DNA of 64,000 bases from an uncultured virus (IMG/VR IMGVR_UViG_3300025413_000018) (IMGVR_UViG_3300025413_000018), one strand, 5' to 3'. Counted from the stretch's first letter, positions 28,018 through 39,198 are shown. Notes: generated by a model from the sequence alone, not told the origin. Numbers and translations: made by a program.

Positions 28018-28183
28018 GGTGTAATAACCTGACCATGCCGGTTACAGGGCAGTAAATCTGTGGCAACAAAAACTGCGTGTAACCACTCTCGACCGCACGA
28101 GGGAACAAGAACTACTACTCTTTGCCCACCTCAAATGAGGAAAGGGACAACAAAGTGTAATAACCCCATACTTTTCAAAAATC

Positions 28184-29518
28184 ATGGCAGCTCAAACAAA
28201 TATCGAGCAGTTGTTCGTTGAGTGGTCTGGTCTTATCCGCAACAACGTGGCTAAGAACATTGTCACCAGCGACTTCTATCTTAAATATCTTCCCAAGGAG
28301 CCTTGGGTCGATGGTCAGGGTACCGCAATCACCTATCCGGTGTACGAGCGTACTCTTCCTACCAACCCTGTTACCTTCTCCGCTTGGCAGTCGTCCGGTG
28401 GCGATGGCGTTATGAATCCTGGTCAGAATGCCGACGGATCTCCGTTTGCTTCCACCCAGCAGAACGCTGACGGTACTACTTCCATCAATAACCAGGGCGA
28501 TACCTCAGTATCCGGTGGTGTTGCCGGAATCGTTGGTGGCGGATCCTATAGCGCAGGTAGCAACATCGATTCTTTCGGTGTTACCCTCCGCACTGCTTCG
28601 CTCAAGAAGGCCGCTCTGAACTCACCCAACATCGATCTGAATGACCTTCAGTTCGCATGGCAGGTTGAAGATCAGGTCAAAAACGTCATTCGTGTCCTCT
28701 CTGAGAACACCAAGTACGTCTGGACAAACGCCTATCAGGACGAGTACATCGCCGCTACGGGTGCTAAGATTATCGCCGCCGCTGGTCTTCCAGAGGGCAC
28801 GACTAGCTTCCCGCTCACGGCTCCTACCAGCCGCCTCACCTGGGGTATTCTGGAGTACATCTACGAGCGTCTCGGCTACAATGGTGGTTCCATCAATCCG
28901 TTCATGCGTGTTGATGAGACGACCCCCATCTATGCAGTTGTCGGCGAGCGTTGGACGTTCCGTGATCTCCTCATGGATGACAACAACGTCCGTCAGGACT
29001 TCCGTTTTGCCTACCAGGGCGACAGCAACGAGAAGAGCAATCCTCTCCTTGCCGCTCCCGGCCTGAACGGTGTCTATCGTGGATTCAAGTTCTTCAACAT
29101 CGAGCTACCCCCACGGTATGACCTCGTTGCCGGAGCTTGGGTGCGTCGTTTCCCATACAGCCCCCTTGCCACCACTCGTGGTGATGCTTGGGAAGTCCAG
29201 CAGGCTTACAAAGCCGCCGCTTACACGGACACGGCTGTGTACCATCAGGATGTTCTCAAGATCCTCATTCCGAAGCCAAAGGTTTCGGGTGGCGGAATGA
29301 CCTACAATCCCCAGTATTCATGGACTGGTGAATTTGTATGGCGTAACATACCTGACAGGACATCTAACATCGATGGAAGCATCGGTTTCTTTAGGGCTTT
29401 ATATGGTTATGGCCCTAAAGTTGAGCGTCCTGATCTCGGTTTCGTGGTGCGCCACCAGCGTGCCCCTCGCGGAATCTCTGATCTGGTTCCCGTCGGCACT
29501 CCTGACGCCAGCTACTAA
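28184..29518 (+). CDS. Major capsid protein
   Basis: 444 aa after the scaffold, strong codon bias, flanked by hairpins. Positional inference. Confidence 0.75.
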   Translation: MAAQTNIEQLFVEWSGLIRNNVAKNIVTSDFYLKYLPKEPWVDGQGTAITYPVYERTLPTNPVTFSAWQSSGGDGVMNPGQNADGSPFASTQQNADGTTSINNQGDTSVSGGVAGIVGGGSYSAGSNIDSFGVTLRTASLKKAALNSPNIDLNDLQFAWQVEDQVKNVIRVLSENTKYVWTNAYQDEYIAATGAKIIAAAGLPEGTTSFPLTAPTSRLTWGILEYIYERLGYNGGSINPFMRVDETTPIYAVVGERWTFRDLLMDDNNVRQDFRFAYQGDSNEKSNPLLAAPGLNGVYRGFKFFNIELPPRYDLVAGAWVRRFPYSPLATTRGDAWEVQQAYKAAAYTDTAVYHQDVLKILIPKPKVSGGGMTYNPQYSWTGEFVWRNIPDRTSNIDGSIGFFRALYGYGPKVERPDLGFVVRHQRAPRGISDLVPVGTPDASY

Positions 29519-29526
29519 TTAGAACA

Positions 29527-29586
29527 GCCCCTCTACCTCAACTGCCCTAGAGCCTACAAAGCCCTAGGGTAGCCAGGTGGAGGGGC
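29527..29586 (+). terminator. Long hairpin after the capsid gene
   Basis: GCCCCTCTACCT/AGGTGGAGGGGC outer stem and CTGCCCTAG/CTAGGGTAG inner stem. Confidence 0.6.
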
Positions 29587-29595
29587 CTTCTACTT

Positions 29596-30000
29596 ATGAA
29601 ACCTCACAAATCACTTTTGATCATCGGCATCGCCGCAAAAAAACCTATGGAAGACGACAATAAGGTCATTGAATTCCCAGCCCCAAAAGGCTTCACCCCT
29701 CCCGATAACGCCAAAGAGGGTGATACCTTCGAGGCTCTCGCCACTCTGCGTATGCAGGCTGACGGGGTTCTTCAGCTTGATGCCATCGATGGTATGCCTG
29801 TGATGCACGACGCAAAACAGGAGATGATGGAAGATCAAGACCAGTCCCCTGAAGAAGATCAGCATGAAGCTGAAATGAACGAGGATCAGGAAAGCGCAAC
29901 AAGCACCCAGCCTAGTGAAGACGAAGCTGATCAGGGTGAGGATGGCGATTTCTTGAAAGCCGTCATGGGCGGTCTGAAAAAGAAAGGGATGAATAAATAA
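29596..30000 (+). CDS. Acidic hypothetical protein
   Basis: 134-aa ORF with a D/E-rich tract. Confidence 0.6.
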   Translation: MKPHKSLLIIGIAAKKPMEDDNKVIEFPAPKGFTPPDNAKEGDTFEALATLRMQADGVLQLDAIDGMPVMHDAKQEMMEDQDQSPEEDQHEAEMNEDQESATSTQPSEDEADQGEDGDFLKAVMGGLKKKGMNK

Positions 30001-30017
30001 TCCCCTAGGGGATCTCA

Positions 30018-32654
30018 ATGATCACCGATCCGAAGCGTCTTACCGACGGATTCAGGGGGTTACCAGATGGTATGGATGGCAGTCGCCTTCCGCCTCTGGT
30101 GCCTCCTACTTCCGTTTGGTATGCTGAGAACGTCTCTTTCCGAGACGGACTTGGTGCAAAGACCCGTCCGATTTTCAACGAGATCCCTCCTTCTTTTTGG
30201 AGGCCATCTGTTCGTGGAGACAACGGACAGCTAGAATCTACGGTACTTGGAGATCAAATAACGATTGCCGGATACGGAGTCACCACATCATCGAGCAGAT
30301 ACAACCTGTTCGTCCAACAAGCACTTAATTTTCAAGGAGTATATTTTTACAACGATCCTCGTTTTGGAAATCCTGCCCAAGTAATTGTTGTCAGTAGCGG
30401 CGTTATTGTGGCTCTTAACTTTGCCGCTAGAAGTTGTTTTGTTCTCAATTTAGATTCGACCGGGGCTATCAAGTTCCTCAATCCTTCTTTGCCTGTCTAT
30501 ATGTGTCAGGCAGGTAGATTTTTGATTATACAGAATGGATATGATACTCCTCAAATCTACGATGGGTATCAGTTAAGACCCTCAACTGCATTTGGGAATG
30601 GAGTTAATGTAGTACCAGTAGGAAAGCAGATGGCCTTTGGTCAAGGTCGTCTTTTTGTTGCAAACTCTGATGGTACACAGATTACCGCAGGGGATCTTAT
30701 CTACAGCGGAAGTTCTGCTTCGGTAAACATTTCCTCAATTACTCCACCTTCTTTCAAGGTAACTGCCTCCATAGTACAACCTACAAGCTACCCTGTAACT
30801 GCTTCGGTAACTGGAACAACCTGCACATTGACAGGTACAGGGCTCCCGTTCACCGCCGGTAGCGTATTTTACATCACCAGTAACAATTCAAACGACTCTA
30901 CGAATGCAGTTTTAGAAGCCAATTTTATTGTGGCATCAACTGCAAACGCCACGACAATTACCTATCCTGTACCTAATGGAACAAATGCTCCGGTAGGAAA
31001 ACTTTCGATAAGCCAACCGATTGCAACGTGCACACTTTCTGGAGTTCAGATGCCTGTAGTTCCTGGAGCTAGTTTTTTAGTTTCTAGCGATAATACCTTG
31101 GATGTTTCAAATGGTGCCCTAGGGACATTTGTTGCAGGAACCCCCACAACTCCTACTACCATAACGTATCAAGTGCCGGCAGGCACGACATTACCTGTTG
31201 GTAATCTTATGGTGAACTATGGGTTCCCTGGCTATGTCACGGTGTCAACTGCAACACCTCATGGGTTTTCTGTGGATAGCGTCGTAACGATTCAGGGAAC
31301 TACTACAACAGCCGCTTTGAACGGAACTTTTGTGGTTCAGCAGATCTTAAATTCTACGGCATTTACGATTGCGGTAGATGGCTATGCTTACGGGTTTGGT
31401 ACCGGAGGAACTGTAACTCTGACAAACTCCGGTCAAGATACTGATCTTTTGAATTTTACAGAGACTACGTTCCTAGCCGAAGGGGGAAACCTATCCATCC
31501 CTGCTGATCTAGGAACCATTGTCACTATGAACTTTGTCCCCTTGCAGGATACTTCGACGGGTCAGGGTGACTTGGTCGTTCTTTGCAATCGAGGCGCGGC
31601 TTCCATTGCGGTAGCTGTAGAACGATCTCTTTGGAGTCAAACACCTGGATTTCAACGAGTTCTCTATCGAGACATTGGAGCTGTTTCCGATAGCACGGCT
31701 ATTGTAAACGGGGACTTATTTTTCCGGTCTTTGGATGGAAATGGTATACGGTCATATCGAAGCGCACGAGCCGAGTTTACGGGGTATGGTCAGGTACCTA
31801 TATCAGCAGAAATTGATCCCATTCTAAAACAAGATACTACCTGGTTGCTGGGAAACGTTTCTTTCCTTTACCACAACGACAGGCTGTTGATGACTTGCCT
31901 GCCTGAACAATTTCCTCCCCAAGCCGGAGACCCGTCGTCCATCAGCACGCTTCCTATTTACTATCGAGGAATTGTCGCTTTGGATTTTAGGGCGGTTGCA
32001 AACGGGCATCTAAGCGGAACTGCGAAACCGGCGTTCGATGGCGTTTGGACAGGGCAGAACATTCTTAGGATCTTTGGAGGTAATGATGCTGGTGTTAAGA
32101 GAGCATTTTTCCTTTCCTACAATACAACGTCAGTAGGCACACCTGGAGTAGGACTCTGGGAGATCGTTGAAACTGGTGAGTGCGACTTAGGTACTCAAGG
32201 GCCAATTCCAATTACAAGTACCCTGATAACCAGAGCATACAATTTTAACGAAAATATGGCTTTGAAAAAGCTGATCCGGCTTGATCTCTGGTTTGACTCC
32301 ATAGAAGGAGGCCCAAACAGATCGGTAATCGGAAGCGTGTCGTATAGACCTGACGATTGGCCTAGTTGGATTCCTTGGGCAACGATTACTAAGACTTCAA
32401 ATTCTGAGACGGTACCTGGCAATTACGCACTCTATCCCACACTTTCTGACGGATATGCACCGCAACTAAGGCTACCAGCTCCTTCCTACCCAACATCTTC
32501 AGCAGACGCTACAGCCAATACTTATAGCTCAAAACCTTCTGCCCTAGGGTATGATTTTAATTTTCAACTTTCTTGGACAGGCCATGCCCGTCTGGGTCGT
32601 TTAATGCTCCATGCTCTAGAGATCGTAGAGCCAGTCGGAGGAGGATCGATATGA
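30018..32654 (+). CDS. Tail/nozzle (DNA-stabilisation) structural protein with inserted beta-rich repeats
   Basis: Beta-rich 878-aa ORF; internal repeats such as TPHGFSVDSVVTIQG...LNGTFVV. Confidence 0.6.
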   Translation: MITDPKRLTDGFRGLPDGMDGSRLPPLVPPTSVWYAENVSFRDGLGAKTRPIFNEIPPSFWRPSVRGDNGQLESTVLGDQITIAGYGVTTSSSRYNLFVQQALNFQGVYFYNDPRFGNPAQVIVVSSGVIVALNFAARSCFVLNLDSTGAIKFLNPSLPVYMCQAGRFLIIQNGYDTPQIYDGYQLRPSTAFGNGVNVVPVGKQMAFGQGRLFVANSDGTQITAGDLIYSGSSASVNISSITPPSFKVTASIVQPTSYPVTASVTGTTCTLTGTGLPFTAGSVFYITSNNSNDSTNAVLEANFIVASTANATTITYPVPNGTNAPVGKLSISQPIATCTLSGVQMPVVPGASFLVSSDNTLDVSNGALGTFVAGTPTTPTTITYQVPAGTTLPVGNLMVNYGFPGYVTVSTATPHGFSVDSVVTIQGTTTTAALNGTFVVQQILNSTAFTIAVDGYAYGFGTGGTVTLTNSGQDTDLLNFTETTFLAEGGNLSIPADLGTIVTMNFVPLQDTSTGQGDLVVLCNRGAASIAVAVERSLWSQTPGFQRVLYRDIGAVSDSTAIVNGDLFFRSLDGNGIRSYRSARAEFTGYGQVPISAEIDPILKQDTTWLLGNVSFLYHNDRLLMTCLPEQFPPQAGDPSSISTLPIYYRGIVALDFRAVANGHLSGTAKPAFDGVWTGQNILRIFGGNDAGVKRAFFLSYNTTSVGTPGVGLWEIVETGECDLGTQGPIPITSTLITRAYNFNENMALKKLIRLDLWFDSIEGGPNRSVIGSVSYRPDDWPSWIPWATITKTSNSETVPGNYALYPTLSDGYAPQLRLPAPSYPTSSADATANTYSSKPSALGYDFNFQLSWTGHARLGRLMLHALEIVEPVGGGSI

Positions 32655-32696
32655 TCTTGCTTGTAACTCTACCCTAGTGTAATAACCTCATAACCT

Positions 32697-33650
32697 ATGG
32701 CCTTAATCCCCGGAACCTTACCTACTGGAACGAATTTTCCTGGTACTCCACAGGCTCTCCTTAATCTTCTTTCCTCATACTTATCCGCTCCTCCATCATC
32801 TAGGCAGTTGTTTGTTCAGCCTACTTCCGTTGGTGTCCCTACTGATGGAACGGCTCTTTGGTACAACACCGGAGCCAATACCCTTAACGTATACTCTAAC
32901 GGGAGCTGGAATACTCCGACGGTTGCCAACGGTGCTATCTCTGCTAGTGCTATTGCTACTGGTGCGGTAAATACCAATGCGATTGCTACCGGCGCAGTCA
33001 CCACATCTACGATTGCCCTAGGAGCAGTTACTCCTGGTCTTTTATCGGCTGGAGCACCTAGCTGGACTACGCAGGGAGCTTTAACTGTCCCTGGTGCCGT
33101 TACCGCTACCAAGTTCTACGGTGATGGTACGTCCTTGACGCTACCGACGGCGGCTCAAGCCATACCTAGCGGAGCAATACTTCCGTTTGCTTTCAATACT
33201 ACACCTTCTGGTTGGTTGATCTGCGATGGAACCGCCTATTCTAGGAGCACCTATTCGGCTCTCTGGACTGCGCTAGGAACTACTGCAAGCCCTTATGGGC
33301 AAGGCGACGGATCGACCACATTCAACGTGCCGGATCTCCAAGGGCAATTCATCAGGGGTTATGGAGGGAATTCTGCCGCTTTTGGAACTAAGCAAACAGA
33401 TGCTCTGCAAGGTCACTACCATTCCGCCACAACAAACGCGAATCCTGCGCCTGGAATAGGAGTAACCTCTTTTAACAATTACGGAATCAATAACAGTCAA
33501 TACGGAATTAACGGCGTTAATGTAACGTATAATGGAGCGGGTACCGTAACGGTTACAAGTCCCACGACTGACGGAACCAATGGCACTCCTAGGACTGCCG
33601 CGGAAACACGCCCCTCCAACATTGCGATGCTCTACTGCATCAAAGCATAA
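32697..33650 (+). CDS. Tail fibre with tail-collar domain
   Basis: PSGAILPFA...PSGWLICDG...GDGSTTFNVPDLQGQFIRG...ETRPSNIAMLYCIK. Confidence 0.88.
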   Translation: MALIPGTLPTGTNFPGTPQALLNLLSSYLSAPPSSRQLFVQPTSVGVPTDGTALWYNTGANTLNVYSNGSWNTPTVANGAISASAIATGAVNTNAIATGAVTTSTIALGAVTPGLLSAGAPSWTTQGALTVPGAVTATKFYGDGTSLTLPTAAQAIPSGAILPFAFNTTPSGWLICDGTAYSRSTYSALWTALGTTASPYGQGDGSTTFNVPDLQGQFIRGYGGNSAAFGTKQTDALQGHYHSATTNANPAPGIGVTSFNNYGINNSQYGINGVNVTYNGAGTVTVTSPTTDGTNGTPRTAAETRPSNIAMLYCIKA

Positions 33651-34273
33651 TGAGCATTTCCATAGGAACAATCACACCTTTAGCTCCTGGCTCTAAGGCA
33701 ACTGCAAGCCTTACAGGAACAGCACCTAATCAGGTTTTGAATCTTGGGGTTCCCCAGAACGTAAGCTCTGCCGCCTCTGTTCCTGTAGGCCCAACTCAGA
33801 TTAACGGAGCATCTGTTCCGATCAGCGTGAACATCCTAGGTGCTAATGCCCTAGGGCAGATTGTGGATAATTCTTCCATTGTTCTTTCAAACAGCACAAC
33901 GGGTAATGCCGCTACCGCCTCTGCGCCTCAAGCTGGTTCTACTTTGGCTTCTTTAATACCCGCTTCGTGGGGTTCTTTTACTAATCCTCTTGGGGGAGGC
34001 GCATTAACTAAAGGAGGTGGATATAACTTTGGATCAATTAGCACAGTACCTATCTCCTCGCTTCCATATCCTACATATCAAGCCTACAGCATAACATTCA
34101 CAACTCCTCTAAATAATACAAATTATGCGGTTTTAGTTACGGGTCAAGGGTGGGCAAACATACAGAGCGTAAGCACTACCGGATTTGTTGTATCTTTTTA
34201 TACCGCTTCATCCACCGGAGCGCTGTTAATCAGCAAGCCTCTTTTTGGGAACTTTGTGGTTTATTCTAATTAG
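33650..34273 (+). CDS. Tail fibre-associated protein
   Basis: YSITFTTPLNNTNYAV...STTGF C-terminal fibre domain. Confidence 0.6.
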   Translation: MSISIGTITPLAPGSKATASLTGTAPNQVLNLGVPQNVSSAASVPVGPTQINGASVPISVNILGANALGQIVDNSSIVLSNSTTGNAATASAPQAGSTLASLIPASWGSFTNPLGGGALTKGGGYNFGSISTVPISSLPYPTYQAYSITFTTPLNNTNYAVLVTGQGWANIQSVSTTGFVVSFYTASSTGALLISKPLFGNFVVYSN

Positions 34274-34274
34274 T

Positions 34275-34604
34275 ATGCCATCCGCCATCTACAATCTTAT
34301 CTTTGACAAGGGTGCTGACTACAACTTCGGCCTTGTATTCTCGGATCAGAACGGAAATCCGCTTAATCTTACCGGAATAACGATTACTGCGCCTATTTAT
34401 GCAAAAGAAGGGGATGCGAATCCTATTTCTTCTTTTGCAGTTACTTTGGATTCCTCAACCGTAGGACGAGCTATCTTCACCCTTTCTGCCACCGCAAGCT
34501 CTTCTATTATTTACAGCAAGCCTTACTTTGAAGTCTGGCTTCAGTATCCCTACAACGGAGCACATAGCCGCTACCTTAGAGGCATAGTCAACTTAGATAA
34601 ATAG
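34275..34604 (+). CDS. Small Ig-like tail protein
   Basis: YNLIFDKGAD...PLNLTG...RYLRG pattern; ATG at 34275. Confidence 0.55.
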   Translation: MPSAIYNLIFDKGADYNFGLVFSDQNGNPLNLTGITITAPIYAKEGDANPISSFAVTLDSSTVGRAIFTLSATASSSIIYSKPYFEVWLQYPYNGAHSRYLRGIVNLDK

Positions 34605-34605
34605 T

Positions 34606-34836
34606 ATGAGCGGAGCCGTAAACGTCACATTTCAAGATCTAGTAAGCACTGAGACGATTGTGGTTGACTCAGGTGTTTTTGTTAACAATTTGCAAAACGC
34701 CTCGATAACTCTATTGCCACTTAGTTCTAATCCTACGGTTTCCATAACTGGAAATGCCCCTAATCAGTCAATTAACTTTGGCATACCCGCAGGTATTACC
34801 CAATCACAAGCCATCGCTTTTTCTGTAGCTCTATGA
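34606..34836 (+). CDS. Small tail protein
   Basis: Shares an ITG.APNQ..N.G.P motif with 33650..34273. Confidence 0.5.
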   Translation: MSGAVNVTFQDLVSTETIVVDSGVFVNNLQNASITLLPLSSNPTVSITGNAPNQSINFGIPAGITQSQAIAFSVAL

Positions 34837-36980
34837 AACAAATCGCAACCTCATATTCCGTATCTGGAAACCAAGTAACTCTTACAGGTGTTAATGTACC
34901 TTTGTCTCAGGTTACTTTGATATCGGATGTAAGTACCGGAACAGTGCTTTATTCAGTGGCCGGCCCCGCCGCCACAAGTTACGTCCAAGGAACAAATTCG
35001 GTAATCACGTTGGCTACTGCTCCGGGATCGAATGACGGACTTTATATCGCTTATGATGATGGAGTAAAGACCACGAATGCCCCGACAACGGTAACCGCCA
35101 ATGTAACTTTTCCTGCAACCCAGAATGTTTCTTTGGTTAGTTCCAGCGATGCTACTGCTATTCCGGTAACCGCAAGTAGTTTGCCTCTCCCTACAGGTGC
35201 CGCTACCGCAACAAATCAGGCTACTGAAATCAACTATCTCAATACGATTGCGGGAAATACAAACTCTGGATCTGCAATCACAGGGCAAAACCTAGGGTCA
35301 GGGTCGGGTGTACTAGGGTGGCTATCTTCAATTTACAAACAACTGACAAGCACTCTTGTCAGTCAGATATCAGATGGAGTCAACACCTCCAATAAGGTAA
35401 CCGTTTCTGCTTTTCATAACCAAGATAACACCACTACTGGGACGGGTTATGGTATCTTGACGGGGGGAGTTGCTCAAGTTCTTAACCCTGCTGGCACAAT
35501 CGATCGTCAGCGGAGTACCGGATTTGATAATATCCCTTCTAGAGGCGTGGCTACTGGGTCTCAACAGCTTGCCTCCGCCTTAATGTCTACGACAGTCACC
35601 AGCGGAGCAATCAATGGAAACAATCTCCCACAGAACGTGACTTTGGCGGCTTTGTCTTTTACCTTCCGAGGAGCAACCGGAACTATTCAACCTGGGTCTA
35701 TCCTTTTGGTCGATGGCGGAAACACAAACCAAGAGTATGTTTATGTTAACTCAGTAAATACCGTAACTAATTCAGTTAACGGTATTTTCTACAATAACCA
35801 TGCCGCTAATGTCACCGTATCGACTTACTCCTACAATCAAGCCAAAGATGCTACCCTAACTGATGGGTCTACAACTGCTGGGGTTCCGGCTGGAGTAATG
35901 TTTTTCTGGAACGCATCGTTGAATAACGGAGTTGGCGGTCTGGAGATGGAGCGTTCTTTCTCCGGCGAGCTTACTGGAGCCACGGGTCAAGGTGCCGCCT
36001 GTGCCGTTGTTTACGAGGATGCCAGTGGTGGCCCTGTACTAGCAACAGGAATACCTTCTGGAAAACGACTTTTCCAAGGTCAATCTATGGTCGGTAAAGG
36101 ATACGCAAGTGCACCAATAACCGCTAGTGTAGCTGGAAATACCAGTCTTGTTTTCTCTTCGGCATCTGCCGCTCAGACAATTCCTGCGGGTCATGCTATT
36201 AGGCTTACCGGCGGCGCAACCGCTGAGACTGTGTTTTCTTCTAGCACATGGGTTCCAGGGTCAAGTGCCACGGTTCCGTTGCAGTCTGCGGTAGTAAATG
36301 CAGGTCAGACCACCGCTTCTTGGGACATCTATAGTGCAAATGGCCCCGGAATTTCAGGCTTTTTGCCGCACGGAATCGGAATTGAGGAAGAGGCAATTTT
36401 TGATCCGGTTACAAACCTTTACTACATCGAGCGTTCCGCAACTCAAGATGGAGTTTCTTCTCAGAATATCGTCCTAGAGTCACCTGGGCTGTGGAACGGG
36501 TCTTCAATGGATCGTGCTCGTGAAGTCATTGGAGATGCACAATCTGCGACAGGTCTTCCTGCTGAAGTTCCGATGCTGTTTAATGGAACAACATACGACA
36601 GGGCTCGTTCGGGGCAAACGGCACCCATTGCCGCGACAGGACTACAAAACGAGATTACTATGTCAGTGTATAATAGCACTGCTCCAACTGCCACAAGTGG
36701 TCAAGCGGTACCATTACAGGGAGACTCTGCCGGAAGGTTACTCGTAAAAGACCATAACGCCGCCGCCTCCGGTAGTGCATTTCTCACAGGAACTGGATCT
36801 GCTACGGGCAACTTCTATGCAGTCCAAGTGCTTACCAACACCATATTTGCAACTCTAACGGATTCAACTCGTACTGGTTCAACTATGACGGGTGTAACGA
36901 TACCGGCTGGAACTACTTTCTTCGGTAACATTACCTCTATTGCTCTTACCAGCGGAACGATTATTGCGTACAACGCTTAA
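34833..36980 (+). CDS. Tail fibre/spike-like structural protein
   Basis: 715 aa, Thr/Ser/Gly-rich; LPLPTGAAT and WNG..DRAR repeats. Confidence 0.6.
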   Translation: MKQIATSYSVSGNQVTLTGVNVPLSQVTLISDVSTGTVLYSVAGPAATSYVQGTNSVITLATAPGSNDGLYIAYDDGVKTTNAPTTVTANVTFPATQNVSLVSSSDATAIPVTASSLPLPTGAATATNQATEINYLNTIAGNTNSGSAITGQNLGSGSGVLGWLSSIYKQLTSTLVSQISDGVNTSNKVTVSAFHNQDNTTTGTGYGILTGGVAQVLNPAGTIDRQRSTGFDNIPSRGVATGSQQLASALMSTTVTSGAINGNNLPQNVTLAALSFTFRGATGTIQPGSILLVDGGNTNQEYVYVNSVNTVTNSVNGIFYNNHAANVTVSTYSYNQAKDATLTDGSTTAGVPAGVMFFWNASLNNGVGGLEMERSFSGELTGATGQGAACAVVYEDASGGPVLATGIPSGKRLFQGQSMVGKGYASAPITASVAGNTSLVFSSASAAQTIPAGHAIRLTGGATAETVFSSSTWVPGSSATVPLQSAVVNAGQTTASWDIYSANGPGISGFLPHGIGIEEEAIFDPVTNLYYIERSATQDGVSSQNIVLESPGLWNGSSMDRAREVIGDAQSATGLPAEVPMLFNGTTYDRARSGQTAPIAATGLQNEITMSVYNSTAPTATSGQAVPLQGDSAGRLLVKDHNAAASGSAFLTGTGSATGNFYAVQVLTNTIFATLTDSTRTGSTMTGVTIPAGTTFFGNITSIALTSGTIIAYNA

Positions 36981-37915
36981 TGCCCTCCCTAAGCCTTAAA
37001 CTAGCCCTAGGGGCATCGATTGGCGGGATTTACACTTCGCCAGTCACATCAGCCCCCACTTGGACACCTTACGGGAGTTATACCGCAGGGCAGTATGTTT
37101 GGTATTCCGGCAACATCTACCAATGTTCTTTGGCAACTTCTTCGGTTGTTCCTACCAACCCTTCAAACTGGCTGATCATTGGTAGCGGTTCAGTAATCTT
37201 TGATTCTATCTCGACTACTTGGTTTAACGCAGTTTCCGCCGCAGGATCTTCTATTTCTGCCCAAAACCAGATATCGATTAACACGTTCTTGGTATCGCTG
37301 AATAACGCAGGAGTATGGAGTTCAATCCAACAGGCAAACCTGCTTGTCGGGCCAACGTCTATTGCGGGTGCGCTAGTTCCATTGGCGGGTACTGTAACCA
37401 ACAATAACTTTGTTGCGGCAGACTACAATTACCTGACGGGGCTTATGGGCAATGCAGGAAACAAGTATTTGATTACCGGATACGCTAACAACTCAAACGC
37501 AAGCAAGCATATGTACGTCTGTGCTACGTCCATGCCCACAAAAACAACGGCCATGTTCTTTATGGGGTCTGGAAACACTTCGGGAGACGGTAGGATAGAG
37601 ATGCCGACTGGCGTGGGTAGCGGAATCTCAATGGGTCTTAGCTGTACCACTACGAACTATACAAATACCCTCTCGGCTACCAATGGTTTTGGAATGAACC
37701 ACAACAGTTCTACTACGACGATTCCGTACATTAACGGTAACCTCACCACAATCACCGGAACTGCTCCCACCCAAACCACCGCAAACTATGGAGTTTTCTG
37801 CGGAAATACGGCAGGTGCGAGTGATGCAAGGATTGCTTTTTATTCCTTGGGGGCTTCCGCATCTATCCCGATCATCGATACCTGCGTAAAGACTCTTCTA
37901 ACCGCTCTTGTATGA
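36980..37915 (+). CDS. Structural protein with a CBM5/12-like module
   Basis: WTPYGSYTAGQYVWYSGNIYQC...P...W aromatic pattern. Confidence 0.6.
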   Translation: MPSLSLKLALGASIGGIYTSPVTSAPTWTPYGSYTAGQYVWYSGNIYQCSLATSSVVPTNPSNWLIIGSGSVIFDSISTTWFNAVSAAGSSISAQNQISINTFLVSLNNAGVWSSIQQANLLVGPTSIAGALVPLAGTVTNNNFVAADYNYLTGLMGNAGNKYLITGYANNSNASKHMYVCATSMPTKTTAMFFMGSGNTSGDGRIEMPTGVGSGISMGLSCTTTNYTNTLSATNGFGMNHNSSTTTIPYINGNLTTITGTAPTQTTANYGVFCGNTAGASDARIAFYSLGASASIPIIDTCVKTLLTALV

Positions 37916-37947
37916 TAAATGATACCAGAGTAATATCCGCATAACCT

Positions 37948-39195
37948 ATGGCAACCCTGTACACAACTGCTCTTCAGATTCTTGCACCCGTCGTGGACAA
38001 CGGCGTGTTGCCAGGTGACCCTAGGGTGGCCGCTCGCCTGGATGAAGCCCAGCGGAGGCTGATCAATCAGTATAACTTTGTTTCTGCCAGGGAAGAATCA
38101 CTAGAAACCGCCCTAGTGTGGCAAGCCGGTGGAACTAACCCAGGATTTGCGGACTCCACGTTGATTCTTGATGACATCGATTCAACAAAGTTGATGGTTC
38201 TTTGTGCTTTTCGAGAAGAAAACAACCAGATCGATATGGCTGAAGGGCTTGAGAAAAAAGCTTTTGGTTACGTCGAGCGTGACATTGTTGATAACGTAAG
38301 TAGGGCTAGATACGCCCTTTTTTCTTCTTTGGCTTTGTCTGATCAAAACACTTTCGGTGGTTTGGTGGGGCGTATCGGATTGGAAACCTTTGAAAGTTAC
38401 AAAGCACCTAAAGCCCGTCTTCAGAGTTTTGTTAATCAGGGATACCAGCAGGCTATCGACCACTACAATTTCATCGTTCGTAACGAGCAGGCAGAGCTTG
38501 CTGTAATGAGCTACAGCCCACTGGTTAACGATACCGACGCATTTCCCCAGATTCTTCCGGCGGAGGTTATTCGTGGGTTTGTACTTTCCATGCTGTCGCA
38601 GAATGCTGACAGCGAAGTCCAATACACCAGTGGAAAAGAACTTCAAAACTTCAAGGCGGAGGCACAACAGCTCATCGAGCGTAACGTACAAGCCGCAATC
38701 CAACGCCAAAGGTATGAAAATCGTAAGAACAACTTTGAGACCTTGGATCCATCTACCTTCGGATATCACTGGGGTCGCATCGGATTGGATCTAGCGAACG
38801 GGCTCCAATACTCCGATGATCAAATAAAACGTGCTGTAAATACCGCCGAAGAACTTCTGATGAACGCCGGCAAGTGGGTTGGCACCATTGATACATACGT
38901 TCTTCCGGTTGTTACGAGCGGTGAGGTTTTCCTCCCTAGGGAGGTTGAGACTGTTTTGTTCGCACAATTTGGAAGCAATCCCCAACCTGTCTACGATCGA
39001 TTCAACGAATGGATGATGGAAGGAAGCGGATTGAGAACCGACGACCAACCTTGGCGGTATTCGTTTATCGATCGCGGCGAGGGTATCGATCCTATAGATG
39101 GGCATTTGAAGCGAAAATACTTTGTGAGTTATCCAGACGATGCCGGAGCCAGCATGGCTGACCGATACGGGGGAGAAGCCTTTGCACCTTATTAA
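37948..39195 (+). CDS. Head-tail adaptor (tail tubular A-like), N-terminal part
   Basis: Repeated helical units, GKWVGT...LPREVETV motif. Positional inference. Confidence 0.5.
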   Translation: MATLYTTALQILAPVVDNGVLPGDPRVAARLDEAQRRLINQYNFVSAREESLETALVWQAGGTNPGFADSTLILDDIDSTKLMVLCAFREENNQIDMAEGLEKKAFGYVERDIVDNVSRARYALFSSLALSDQNTFGGLVGRIGLETFESYKAPKARLQSFVNQGYQQAIDHYNFIVRNEQAELAVMSYSPLVNDTDAFPQILPAEVIRGFVLSMLSQNADSEVQYTSGKELQNFKAEAQQLIERNVQAAIQRQRYENRKNNFETLDPSTFGYHWGRIGLDLANGLQYSDDQIKRAVNTAEELLMNAGKWVGTIDTYVLPVVTSGEVFLPREVETVLFAQFGSNPQPVYDRFNEWMMEGSGLRTDDQPWRYSFIDRGEGIDPIDGHLKRKYFVSYPDDAGASMADRYGGEAFAPY

Positions 39196-39198
39196 ACC

